Part shown: positions 17,715-26,693 of the stretch, piece by piece
Numbering within the stretch: the first letter of the stretch is position 1
Layout of the letters: each line of letters starts with the position of its first letter
Source: a virus
Lineage: Duplodnaviria > Heunggongvirae > Uroviricota > Caudoviricetes
Length of the DNA stretch: 64,000 bases
Virus record (IMG/VR): IMGVR_UViG_3300012347_000217
Span: 46,664 to 110,663 of that record
Direction: 5' to 3' (one strand)
The notes under the pieces: model-generated
Told to the model about the DNA's origin: nothing
Database searches by the model: none
The model's input: only the letters and a program-made list of their open reading frames with translations
Translations under genes and position numbers: made by a program

Positions 17715-18145
17715 TGAAAGCATTTGTTTTGGATTCTAATTCGTGGCATTTCAAATTGGCCAACTACGGTGAAATCCGTATTTGGGATGATGAACCAACC
17801 GATATATGTGAGTACACACGTGCGGTATTTAAAGGTGCAACCACAATCTTGGCGCTCGGCATTTTCTCTGTATTCCTTGCCACATGGGTTGGCGCATCAT
17901 TGTATAATATCATTGAGTTGTTTTTCCTTGGTGGCGAGAAGCTGTATCCATGGACTGCCATCTTCATTGGCCTATTAGGTGCATTGATTGTTGGTGTTAG
18001 TTATGGAGCCTTCAAAGCATGGCGAGAAGAACAACGCATGAATGAACCTGAGACTGAACCAGGTTTTGTGAAGTTGGCATATCAAAAGGTTAAGAATAAA
18101 ACCTGTGCCCGTATTGAGTTCCGACCAAAGGCTGAAGATGAATGA
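17714..18145 (+). CDS. membrane protein
   Basis: two long hydrophobic helices (ILALGIFSVFLATWVGASLYNIIELFFLG; WTAIFIGLLGALIVGVSYGAF). Confidence 0.55.
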   Translation: MKAFVLDSNSWHFKLANYGEIRIWDDEPTDICEYTRAVFKGATTILALGIFSVFLATWVGASLYNIIELFFLGGEKLYPWTAIFIGLLGALIVGVSYGAFKAWREEQRMNEPETEPGFVKLAYQKVKNKTCARIEFRPKAEDE

Positions 18146-18323
18146 TGAACCATCAGTAAAAGAAATGGCAGCATTGTGGAATGTCTGCTACAATTTCATC
18201 AAGGACCAACGCATCAGTTGTGAAGAAACCATTGGTCAATGTGATTGGGTTATTGAGAATGCCTATGACCTCATTGGTGATATCTGTGAGATTGTGGGCT
18301 ATGATGATTCGGAGGATGAATAA
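18138..18323 (+). CDS. hypothetical small acidic protein
   Basis: ATG inside track ORF 18105..18323. Confidence 0.4.
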   Translation: MNDEPSVKEMAALWNVCYNFIKDQRISCEETIGQCDWVIENAYDLIGDICEIVGYDDSEDE

Positions 18324-18679
18324 TGTTTGATACCTATGTCCGTGTCAGGAAGTCTGAGGTCAAAGAGTTGGAGAAACACATTGACGATGCACTAGCAGTA
18401 CTAAAGGAACTACATCACGATGTGGCCAAACTAAAAGCCGAGAAAGAAATTCTTGAGAGGGAGAATACCTTTCTCAAAGGCTTGGTTGATAAGTTGGCAA
18501 CACCAACATTTAATGATATAGCCAAGCAGCCAAGCCCATGGGAGCAACCGTATGGGCCTATTAAGAGTCCTTACTCAATGAACACATCATGCGGAGTATG
18601 TGGCCTCCAAGGTATCAATGGCTATGTCTGTACCCGTATTGATTGTCCAACAGGTGTATCATGCAAAACAAACTCCTAA
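18323..18679 (+). CDS. hypothetical coiled-coil protein with C-terminal Cys cluster
   Basis: 118 aa; KELEKHIDDALAVLKELHHDVAKLKAEKEILERENTFLK then CGVCG...C..C. Confidence 0.5.
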   Translation: MFDTYVRVRKSEVKELEKHIDDALAVLKELHHDVAKLKAEKEILERENTFLKGLVDKLATPTFNDIAKQPSPWEQPYGPIKSPYSMNTSCGVCGLQGINGYVCTRIDCPTGVSCKTNS

Positions 18680-18882
18680 AGTTAGCCTATGATAATGGGC
18701 TATATGCCCAAGGCACACCAGATTCATGGGATGAAGCCGCATTGCTGGCCTATGGTGAAGCAGTGGTTAAGATGTGTGCGGATCATATCCTAACATCATC
18801 TGACCGCTATCGCAAAGAACACTTTGCTAACAAGGTATTGGAGATTATCAATGGCCAAGAAGAAACCCCAACCCAAGTTTAA
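18661..18882 (+). CDS. hypothetical protein
   Basis: ATG 18661 in track ORF. Confidence 0.45.
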   Translation: MQNKLLKLAYDNGLYAQGTPDSWDEAALLAYGEAVVKMCADHILTSSDRYRKEHFANKVLEIINGQEETPTQV

Positions 18883-19084
18883 CTATGCTGTTGGTCAATA
18901 TTGGGAAGGCGAATCTGGTTCTGTAGGTTGCTATGCCTTTGGTTCAGAAGTGCATTACGGAACTACCAAAGAAGCCAATAACTTCCTACAGTATGTCAAA
19001 GACCAAGAGAAGAAGAAACCTGTCAAAGACAGGAGAGACTATCGCATTTTCATGTTAGTGGAAGTTCCACGTTTTTCGGAGTAA
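18851..19084 (+). CDS. hypothetical protein
   Basis: ATG after a GGAG RBS. Confidence 0.45.
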   Translation: MAKKKPQPKFNYAVGQYWEGESGSVGCYAFGSEVHYGTTKEANNFLQYVKDQEKKKPVKDRRDYRIFMLVEVPRFSE

Positions 19085-19087
19085 CCC

Positions 19088-19243
19088 ATGTTTGCAGCCT
19101 TATTTTGTTTGTTGGTTTGTATTTTCAACTTTTATGTGGCCGATTTGGTTTATCGTGAAGGCCACCGCTTCATGGGCATTGTAAATGGTACCTTAGGCAT
19201 CATTAACCTTATGTGTGTTGCTAAGTGGTTGTTTGCACCATGA
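19088..19243 (+). CDS. small membrane protein (51 aa)
   Basis: MFAALFCLLVCIFNFYVADLVY...; below track cutoff. Confidence 0.3.
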   Translation: MFAALFCLLVCIFNFYVADLVYREGHRFMGIVNGTLGIINLMCVAKWLFAP

Positions 19244-19461
19244 AACTCAAGGGACCTATCATTGGCTATGACAAGGATGATATGCCAATCATCCAACCAC
19301 ATGGTTACGTTTACACTAGGGCCTTCATCCTTTGCTCTGTGTGTGAAGTACCAATCTCCTCACATGGAGGTCCAAGGTATGGATCAAGGTGTCCACCATG
19401 TTATCTGAAAACAGGACATACCTACTTAGCCAACGAGAATGAAGGAAGTGATGCCGATTGA
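19240..19461 (+). CDS. small Cys4 zinc-ribbon-like protein
   Basis: CSVCEV...CPPC. Confidence 0.45.
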   Translation: MKLKGPIIGYDKDDMPIIQPHGYVYTRAFILCSVCEVPISSHGGPRYGSRCPPCYLKTGHTYLANENEGSDAD

Positions 19462-19487
19462 TGATGTGTACCGAATTATGGTTAACT

Positions 19488-19515
19488 ATTGCCATTCCAT
19501 TCGGTTCTGTTATAA
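19488..19515 (+). promoter_or_regulatory. TTGCCA-family promoter with extended -10 (TGTTATAAT)
   Basis: ttaactaTTGCCAttccattcggttctgtTATAAT. Confidence 0.5.
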
Positions 19516-19541
19516 TGTGAGCATTGAACAACGGAGTAATA

Positions 19542-20663
19542 ATGAACAAAAACGCAAAGGCATTCCTACAGGCCGCAGTCAATAAGTATGGCTCTGGTTC
19601 TATTATCACACGGGATAATATCCAAGATGTTGTGACTGAAAGTGGTGTACCGTTTCCCTATTGGTTCATCACCAAACCAGAGTATCGTGCAGAACGTGGT
19701 CAATACCGATTGCCTACTATGGACACCAACACCGGTGATTCAACCACTATCGTATTCCCACAAACTCTCCGTCAAAAGCGTCTTGAGGATGATTCTGATA
19801 CGGCTATCCCAGAGAAGTTTGAAGGCTTTGTTCCGTTTGGCTTCTATAAAGACCTGTATAGCATTGTAAACTCCAGCCAATTCTTTCCTGTGTTTATCAC
19901 TGGTCTATCAGGCAACGGCAAAACCCTTATGGTTGAGCAAGTGTGTGCAACCCTCAAGCGTGAATGTATCCGTGTTAATATCTCCATTGAGACTGATGAA
20001 ACCGACCTGATTGGCTCAAACACCTTGGTTGATGGCAACGTTGTTTACCGTGATGGTCCTGTTATGACTGCCATGAAACGTGGTGCCGTGCTATTGATTG
20101 ACGAAGTTGACCGTGGTTCCAACAAGCTGATGTGCCTGCAAGGTATCTTAGAAGGTAAACCATATTACAACAAGAAGTCTGGTGAGTACATTCATCCAAC
20201 CGAAGGCTTCACTGTCATTGCAACTGCCAACACCAAAGGCCGTGGCTCAGAAGAAGGCCGCTATCTCTCACAGATTTTGGATGATGCCTTCTTGGAACGA
20301 TTCGTGTTGACTGTGGAGCAGGAGTATCCTGATACCAAGGTTGAGTTGAAGATTTTGAAACCATTATTGAATGATGACGAGTTTGCGGAGAACCTAGTAA
20401 AATGGGCCGATGTGATTCGCAAAACCTTTGATGAAGGTGGTATTGACGAGATTATCTCCACACGCCGACTGGTTCATATCGCAAAGACCTATTCTGTATT
20501 CAAAGACCGCAAACGTGCCATTGAACTGTGTGTGAACCGATTTGACCAAGAGACCAAGGACTCATTCATTGATTTGTATACTAAGGTTGATGCCAAGGTT
20601 GCAGAAGCACCACCATTACCAGAAGCAACACGGGCACCTGATGATGAAGAAATCCCATTCTAA
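19542..20663 (+). CDS. AAA_5 (CobS/MoxR-like) AAA+ ATPase
   Basis: Walker A GLSGNGKTL; Walker B LLIDEVDR; ATANT sensor-1; arginine-containing C-terminal segment. Resembles the CobS-like ATPases I recall from T4-like cyanophages. Confidence 0.75.
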   Translation: MNKNAKAFLQAAVNKYGSGSIITRDNIQDVVTESGVPFPYWFITKPEYRAERGQYRLPTMDTNTGDSTTIVFPQTLRQKRLEDDSDTAIPEKFEGFVPFGFYKDLYSIVNSSQFFPVFITGLSGNGKTLMVEQVCATLKRECIRVNISIETDETDLIGSNTLVDGNVVYRDGPVMTAMKRGAVLLIDEVDRGSNKLMCLQGILEGKPYYNKKSGEYIHPTEGFTVIATANTKGRGSEEGRYLSQILDDAFLERFVLTVEQEYPDTKVELKILKPLLNDDEFAENLVKWADVIRKTFDEGGIDEIISTRRLVHIAKTYSVFKDRKRAIELCVNRFDQETKDSFIDLYTKVDAKVAEAPPLPEATRAPDDEEIPF

Positions 20664-20672
20664 GGAGAACCT

Positions 20673-20909
20673 ATGACCTCTGTGAGACCAGCACCAAAAT
20701 ATGATGACAATAAAACCTATCCCAAATTCTTGGGCGGCAGGTTGATTGAAGTATCAGGTAAGGTATTGAATTGTAAAGAATTGGGCCAAACAAAGGTTCT
20801 AACCATGGATCAATGGTATTCTTTGCTTGAAAGACTTGAAAGTATGGAAGCCACAATCACCATGATGACCAAGCGTATTCATACACTTGAACAACACACG
20901 TTAGGATAA
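20673..20909 (+). CDS. hypothetical protein
   Basis: 78-aa ORF. Confidence 0.45.
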   Translation: MTSVRPAPKYDDNKTYPKFLGGRLIEVSGKVLNCKELGQTKVLTMDQWYSLLERLESMEATITMMTKRIHTLEQHTLG

Positions 20910-20912
20910 TAT

Positions 20913-21227
20913 ATGCGTCTGAATACAAAGATTAACCGACATGAGCGTGTGGCACAAGTGATGCTATCAGGCAAACCAATCTCACCTGAGCAGTTTGAGG
21001 CCACCTTCAAAGGTACTGACCAAGAAGCCGTACTGTATCGGCTATCCACTAACATCTATAACATCCGCAAGGATGGCGGTATCATCCGTGTGTATAAAGA
21101 TGGCCGCAAGGTGACAGGCTACCAACTGGTTAACACTGATGAATTTGACCAAACGGGTAGATATATGGGCCGCAGGCCAGCGGTTACCGTACCTATTGAA
21201 GTTGAACGGGAATTGGAAATTGTTTGA
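20913..21227 (+). CDS. hypothetical protein
   Basis: 104-aa ORF. Confidence 0.5.
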   Translation: MRLNTKINRHERVAQVMLSGKPISPEQFEATFKGTDQEAVLYRLSTNIYNIRKDGGIIRVYKDGRKVTGYQLVNTDEFDQTGRYMGRRPAVTVPIEVERELEIV

Positions 21228-21251
21228 GCCGAAAATACTTGTAAATAATGT

Positions 21252-21279
21252 TTGCCATTTTATATGGTTAGTGCATAAT
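21252..21279 (+). promoter_or_regulatory. TTGCCA-family promoter (-10 CATAAT)
   Basis: aataatgtTTGCCAttttatatggttagtgCATAAT. Confidence 0.45.
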
Positions 21280-21310
21280 ACAGTCATTGTTTAAAAGAAA
21301 GGTCTCTCAA

Positions 21311-23494
21311 ATGATTTTGACTTCTGCGCCACAAAACGAAGCTGTATTGTCCAACGTTGGTGAAATCGGTGAATTCCGTATTCGCAACTCAGCCAAGGCA
21401 TTCAACATTCTGTCTAGCGGTTTGTATTCTAACAAGATTAAAGCGGTTATCCGTGAGTTGTCTTGCAATGCACTTGATGCACACGTTGCCGCAGGTAAGA
21501 AAGATACCCCGTTCGAGACACACCTGCCTAATGCACTTGAGCCTTGGTTCTCTGTGCGTGACTTTGGCACTGGCTTGAACCATGAGCAAGTCACCTCAAT
21601 CTATACCACATACTTTGAGTCCACTAAAACCAACTCTAACGATTTTGTTGGTGGTCTTGGTCTCGGCTCTAAGTCACCATTCTCCTACACTGACAACTTC
21701 ACTGTTACCGCAATCAAAGACGGTCGCAAAGGTATCTACACCGCATTTATCAATGATGCTGGCGTGCCATCTATTGCACTGATGACCGAAGAACAGTGTG
21801 ATGAAGCCAACGGCGTTGAGGTCAAATTCTCCGTCAATGAGCGTTACGACTTCAACAAGTTCCGTGACGAAGCACGTTATGTGTATGAATACTTTGAGCA
21901 TCATCCAACCATCTTAGGTTACAATGACTATGTTAAGCGTGAGCGTAAGTATGAGACTAAGGATATTATTCCTGGTGTTCACTCTTATGCTGATGGCCAA
22001 TACATGAGTTCATCACGGGCCGTCATGGGTAATATCCCATACCCAATCGAAGTACCTAACGCTGAGTTGGTTCTCGGCAAACAACTGCACTCTCTGCTCC
22101 GCTGTGGCCTCGAAATGCACTTCGACATTGGTGAGTTGGACTTCCAAGCATCACGTGAAGGCCTCTCATACATTGCACCTACAATCGCCGCTATCAAGTC
22201 CAAACTCGAAGCTGTGACTGCGCAACTCGCCGTGCATATTGCAACCGAGGCTGATAAGATTCAATGTGAGTGGGCACGTTCACGTTTCCTGTATTCCAAG
22301 AAGCGTAACCCTCTTTGGTCTTCCGCTGTTGCTAAGTATGCCAAAGATACCAAGTTTAAATTGTTTGAAGAATCAAACTGGTCCTCAAACTATTCTATCA
22401 CCATGTTTGCCAAAGACTTGACTGCCAAGTACAATATCAACATTCGCTCATTCTATTTGCGCAACGGTGGTTCGACCTGTGCAACTAACAAACCATCATA
22501 CAACTATGATGACACTGCTGTGGTTGCTTCTGGCACCCCACGTCCCAAGATTGAAGAATGGAGTTTCTCAGTTCTTGGTAATGTGATGTTCATTCAGAAT
22601 GACACCAAGGTCGGCGCACTCGAACGTGCCAAGCACCACTTCCGTGAAGATGGTGATGGCGGCGAAACCGTGTTTGTGCTTGAAGTGTTTGACAAGACTA
22701 AGCCTGCCAAGTTTACCGAGTTCTACAAGGCTCTGCACAATCCACCAACTGACCAAATCATGCTGGCGTCCTCATTGATTGAGCGTGAGCGTGTTGCCTC
22801 TGGTGTCGGTAAAGCTGTGAACCTGATGAAGCTCTCTGGTAAATCTGTCAACTCTTGGTCATCTGTTAAAACATACACATGGGAAGCCATTGGTGATGTT
22901 GCCAATATGGACAAGACCAAGACTTACTACTACATCCCACTGACTGGCTTCCAGTTGAAGACCACTTATGGTTATGGCGGCAATGGCCAAAACTTGCTCG
23001 ACTATTTGCAACGTACTGGCATCCCTGGTCTCTGTGATATCGAAATGTATGGTGTCCGCAAAGGTGACATGGAAGCCATCCAAGCCATGTCCAACTGGAA
23101 GAATATCGAAGACCACATCCGTGACACACTCTCCAACATTCCACAGAATGTCATTATGGGTATTGTCAAAGCCAAGGTTTGCAATTACAACTACATGAAA
23201 TATACCAAGCGTGTGTATGATGCAATGAATCCAAAGTCACTGCTGAAAATCATGTATGACGAGTTCAAGACAGTCAAAGATATTACAGTTGGTGAGTCCG
23301 CTGTTCGCCACCTCATGGGCTACTATGCAAAAGACTCCAAGTTTGATGTAAATGTCTACATGGACAAATACAATATCGACTGCGTGAATATCACCACACG
23401 ATACCCAATGCTCAGCCTTATCCATGGTTACAGCACCGACTACCTCGAAGTCGCCAACTATGTTAACCTTGTCGAGAAATCACTCGGTAACTAA
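21311..23494 (+). CDS. Hsp90/HtpG-like GHKL ATPase, large (about 728 aa)
   Basis: LYSNKIKAVIRELSCNALDA matches the Hsp90 N-box LYSNKEIFLRELISNASDA; G1 box VRDFGTGL; G2 box VGGLGLGSKSPF (Hsp90 IGQFGVGFYSAF); start taken at 21311 after RBS AAGAAAGG. Confidence 0.75.
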   Translation: MILTSAPQNEAVLSNVGEIGEFRIRNSAKAFNILSSGLYSNKIKAVIRELSCNALDAHVAAGKKDTPFETHLPNALEPWFSVRDFGTGLNHEQVTSIYTTYFESTKTNSNDFVGGLGLGSKSPFSYTDNFTVTAIKDGRKGIYTAFINDAGVPSIALMTEEQCDEANGVEVKFSVNERYDFNKFRDEARYVYEYFEHHPTILGYNDYVKRERKYETKDIIPGVHSYADGQYMSSSRAVMGNIPYPIEVPNAELVLGKQLHSLLRCGLEMHFDIGELDFQASREGLSYIAPTIAAIKSKLEAVTAQLAVHIATEADKIQCEWARSRFLYSKKRNPLWSSAVAKYAKDTKFKLFEESNWSSNYSITMFAKDLTAKYNINIRSFYLRNGGSTCATNKPSYNYDDTAVVASGTPRPKIEEWSFSVLGNVMFIQNDTKVGALERAKHHFREDGDGGETVFVLEVFDKTKPAKFTEFYKALHNPPTDQIMLASSLIERERVASGVGKAVNLMKLSGKSVNSWSSVKTYTWEAIGDVANMDKTKTYYYIPLTGFQLKTTYGYGGNGQNLLDYLQRTGIPGLCDIEMYGVRKGDMEAIQAMSNWKNIEDHIRDTLSNIPQNVIMGIVKAKVCNYNYMKYTKRVYDAMNPKSLLKIMYDEFKTVKDITVGESAVRHLMGYYAKDSKFDVNVYMDKYNIDCVNITTRYPMLSLIHGYSTDYLEVANYVNLVEKSLGN

Positions 23495-23579
23495 TTTCGG
23501 TTTATATCAAATAATGATTGACAACAATTAAAGTTTGATATATACTTATCATTCAACATCCACTCAAAAGGAATTTTAT

Positions 23580-24395
23580 ATGTCGTATCCGTTTCTGATT
23601 CAAGGCAACAACATCACCGTTGTTATTGACAACAAGCCTCACACAATCTCCAAAACTCACATCACCTATGAAAAGGTCAAAGAAGCCATCAAGGCTGGTG
23701 ATTGGGAGACTGTCAAAGATATCATCGAACCTAAGAAGGTCGTTCTCAACTATGGCAAGGGTAATATCTCTATCCAAGGCGAGACTCTGTTCTGGAAAGG
23801 TGAAGAATTCCATAATGCAATTTCAACCCGCATGGTCGAAATGCTCACAGAAGGTTTCTCTATCGAGCCATTGGTTCTGTTCATGGAAAACTTGTTGCAG
23901 AATCCATCACACCGTTCCGTCAACGAGTTGTATGGCTTCTTGGAGAAGAACAACTTGCCTATCACTCCTGATGGTCACTTCTTGGCTTACAAGAAAGTAC
24001 GTGAGAACTACATGGATGTCCACTCTGGCACATTCGACAACTCTGTTGGCAAAATCTGTGAAATGGAACGTTTCAAGGTTGATGATGATGCTAACCGCAC
24101 CTGCTCTGCTGGTCTCCACTTCTGCTCACAGTCTTACCTGAACCACTTTGGTGGCGAACGTGTCGTGATTGTGAAGATTAACCCAGCCGATGTGGTGTCT
24201 ATCCCAACTGACTACGACTTCTCTAAAGGTCGTTGCTCACGCTACGAAGTTGTTGGCGAAGTTGGTGCATCTGCCGAAGACACCTCTGCCGCCTTCACTG
24301 CACCTGTGCAATCAAACGCACAGAACACATTGGGTGGTATTGCTAACGTGGTTGCTTCTACATGGAAGCAAGCATGGCCTAGCCCTAAAGTCTAA
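23580..24395 (+). CDS. hypothetical protein downstream of the Hsp90-like gene
   Basis: 272 aa from ATG 23580 (MSYPFLIQGNN); followed by a strong terminator. Confidence 0.6.
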   Translation: MSYPFLIQGNNITVVIDNKPHTISKTHITYEKVKEAIKAGDWETVKDIIEPKKVVLNYGKGNISIQGETLFWKGEEFHNAISTRMVEMLTEGFSIEPLVLFMENLLQNPSHRSVNELYGFLEKNNLPITPDGHFLAYKKVRENYMDVHSGTFDNSVGKICEMERFKVDDDANRTCSAGLHFCSQSYLNHFGGERVVIVKINPADVVSIPTDYDFSKGRCSRYEVVGEVGASAEDTSAAFTAPVQSNAQNTLGGIANVVASTWKQAWPSPKV

Positions 24396-24418
24396 TTGAT
24401 TTGGTTGTTGATTAGTTT

Positions 24419-24446
24419 GGGGTACCTTCGGGTACCCCCTTTTTTA
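24419..24446 (+). terminator. rho-independent terminator
   Basis: GGGGTACC-TTCG-GGTACCCC followed by TTTTTT. Confidence 0.8.
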
Positions 24447-24456
24447 AGGAAATATC

Positions 24457-24837
24457 ATGGCATTATGGTCTATTAAACCAATGTGGAAGAAGTCCATTAT
24501 TGAACGACAACACTATCACAAGGGTAGCAATACGATTGTTATTGAGACAGGTTGGCGTTGGGGTGAGTTCACTTGTGAGACAGAAGGTGATGAACCACCA
24601 GTTCTGGAAGCAGGCGTTGATTTGTATGACTGTGATTATACAGTTGAAATGGTTGAGACCTCAGATGGTTGCTGGGAAGAGCATGACATGGATGATTGTG
24701 ATGCCGAAACAACCGAATGGTTGGAAGAATTCTTGGAAGAAAATTCATACTATGACCTAGAGGAACATGGATGGGGTCAAGGTGATACCGAAATGATTAT
24801 CGACTGCGATATGCTTATTGAGAAGATGGAGGACTGA
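24457..24837 (+). CDS. highly acidic protein (candidate DNA mimic)
   Basis: 126 aa, dense D/E/C (CWEEHDMDDCDAETTEWLEEFLEENSYYDLEEHGW). Confidence 0.5.
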   Translation: MALWSIKPMWKKSIIERQHYHKGSNTIVIETGWRWGEFTCETEGDEPPVLEAGVDLYDCDYTVEMVETSDGCWEEHDMDDCDAETTEWLEEFLEENSYYDLEEHGWGQGDTEMIIDCDMLIEKMED

Positions 24838-24838
24838 T

Positions 24839-25276
24839 ATGGATTTAGTTTGGCTTGTATACGGTATTTCATTGTTGGGCAGTTTTGGATTGTTTTTCCA
24901 TGTGGCCACTGTTGTTGCTGCTTGCTCAGTCGTGGCATTTCTAATTTACCGTGGTTCTGAGTGCAGTGCTTATCCTTGGGATGATGAACGCCGTGCTAAG
25001 AAGAAGGTTGCTGATGGTATTTGGGCCATGGGTCATGTTAAGACTTTGTTTAAGGTTTTTCTTGTGTGTGTTTTTATTAGCGGAATTTTACCCTCAGAAA
25101 AGACTGCATACGTAATGGTTGGTGCATACGCAACACAGAAGGTTGCCGAATCTGGTGCAGTCCAAGAGACTGGTAGTAAAGTTCTTACTATCATTAATCA
25201 GAAGTTGGACCAGTATGTGCAAGAAGGTGTTGATGCGGCCGAATCTGCAACTGAAACCAAGAAGAAGCGCAAGTGA
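24839..25276 (+). CDS. membrane protein
   Basis: hydrophobic N-terminal half (MDLVWLVYGISLLGSFGLFFHVATVVAACSVVAFLIY). Confidence 0.5.
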   Translation: MDLVWLVYGISLLGSFGLFFHVATVVAACSVVAFLIYRGSECSAYPWDDERRAKKKVADGIWAMGHVKTLFKVFLVCVFISGILPSEKTAYVMVGAYATQKVAESGAVQETGSKVLTIINQKLDQYVQEGVDAAESATETKKKRK

Positions 25277-25277
25277 T

Positions 25278-25571
25278 ATGAAAAAGGAATTGACTTTGAT
25301 TATGTCAGGTGAGGGTGTTGGTAAAAGTATTCTTGCTGGTGCAGAAATCATGGCAGGCGATGGCGGTTACCGAGAATTTCCATTGTCTGAGTTGAGGCCA
25401 TCACCGTATCGTGATATCATTCCAAAATCACAAGATGACTTGGATGTGGAATGGTTTGCAACACGTGGTCATTGGTTGATTCGCAAAGTGCCTAACACCA
25501 AAGACCAATTCTATGTGAAGTGTGGACATCCACCTGCACGTGTGTTACAGATTTATGGGATTACACCATGA
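25278..25571 (+). CDS. hypothetical protein
   Basis: ATG 25278 inside track ORF 25119..25571. Confidence 0.45.
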   Translation: MKKELTLIMSGEGVGKSILAGAEIMAGDGGYREFPLSELRPSPYRDIIPKSQDDLDVEWFATRGHWLIRKVPNTKDQFYVKCGHPPARVLQIYGITP

Positions 25572-25668
25572 CGAATGATCCATTTTTAAACTACATTTGT
25601 GCAATCATTGTTGGTGTGCCTATGTTTTATATGGCATGGTGGTTTATACAACTTACCAAGGATAAAAA

Positions 25669-26076
25669 ATGAAATTGTTATTGATTCGTGGCCTTCCTGG
25701 TTCAGGTAAGTCAACTCTCGCAAAGAACCTGATTGGTTTCTACCAGCACCGTGAGACTGATATGTTTTGGATGCAGGACGGCGAATACAAGTTTGACTAC
25801 AATCGGTTAACCGAAGCACATGAGTGGTGCTTAGAAGAAACACGTAAACTGATGCAAGCAGGTTTCTCTCCTGTTGTGTCCAATACATTCACACTGAAAC
25901 GCAATATGCTGCCATACTTTGAACTTGCACGTGAGTTTGGTATTGTACCTACTGTGATTCATTGTCAGAATGATTTTGGTAATATTCATAATGTTCCGCA
26001 AGATGCACTGGATCGGATGCGGAAACAATTTGAGTATGATATTTCGGATTTGCTTGACGAATACAAAATTGTGTGA
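25669..26076 (+). CDS. P-loop kinase, polynucleotide-kinase-like (kinase domain only)
   Basis: MKLLLIRGLPGSGKSTLAKNL resembles the T4 Pnk N-terminal kinase P-loop; 135 aa, no phosphatase domain. Confidence 0.6.
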   Translation: MKLLLIRGLPGSGKSTLAKNLIGFYQHRETDMFWMQDGEYKFDYNRLTEAHEWCLEETRKLMQAGFSPVVSNTFTLKRNMLPYFELAREFGIVPTVIHCQNDFGNIHNVPQDALDRMRKQFEYDISDLLDEYKIV

Positions 26077-26106
26077 TATAATAATTTTTTAACAGGAGTA
26101 TTTACA

Positions 26107-26301
26107 ATGGCAAAAATGTTGACTAAGTTGGCTAAAGTGTCTGATTCTTTTTCCGTGAACCGTTATGATAATGGTTTCATGTTTGAAGTTTCTGGCCGTG
26201 ATAAAGAGAATGATTGGAAATCAGCCAAGATTCTGTGTAACACCGAAGCCGAGTTGCTTGCAGTGATTCAGGAATACAACAAGATGGAACTTGATAACTG
26301 A
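26107..26301 (+). CDS. hypothetical protein
   Basis: 64-aa ORF; RBS AGGAG; extended -10 TGATATAAT upstream. Confidence 0.5.
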   Translation: MAKMLTKLAKVSDSFSVNRYDNGFMFEVSGRDKENDWKSAKILCNTEAELLAVIQEYNKMELDN

Positions 26302-26513
26302 TGATTGAAATTATTAGGACATACTACGGTACAACACGGCACCACGGTGCAGTATGCAAGGTTCGTATGCAACCTGCGTATCGTTGTACCAAGTGTGGCC
26401 TAATTGGTTATGTGCGTGATGATATGGTTTACCATAATTGTAAGGAGAATACTAATGAAGTACCTGTTGCTAACTTTGACCGCCCTATTGACGGCGTGCG
26501 GCTCGAACCCTAA
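26301..26513 (+). CDS. hypothetical Cys-containing protein
   Basis: 70-aa ORF, ATGA overlap. Confidence 0.4.
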   Translation: MIEIIRTYYGTTRHHGAVCKVRMQPAYRCTKCGLIGYVRDDMVYHNCKENTNEVPVANFDRPIDGVRLEP

Positions 26514-26685
26514 AGTTGCTGGCTTTAAAGAGCCGGAGATGTTGAATCGCCATGAGGTGATTCAATCAAACAAGGAATGTATCAATGCTAAGATGCGTCC
26601 TAATGTTCAATATGTTGGTCAAAAGACCGACTTTGGTACGCTTTCAGTGCCAGTGCTTGTGACCTGTGACCCTTACACTCGCTGA
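26455..26685 (+). CDS. putative lipoprotein
   Basis: MKYLLLTLTALLTACGS lipobox after RBS AAGGAGAA; inside track ORF 26404..26685. Confidence 0.5.
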   Translation: MKYLLLTLTALLTACGSNPKVAGFKEPEMLNRHEVIQSNKECINAKMRPNVQYVGQKTDFGTLSVPVLVTCDPYTR

Positions 26686-26693
26686 GGTGTAAT

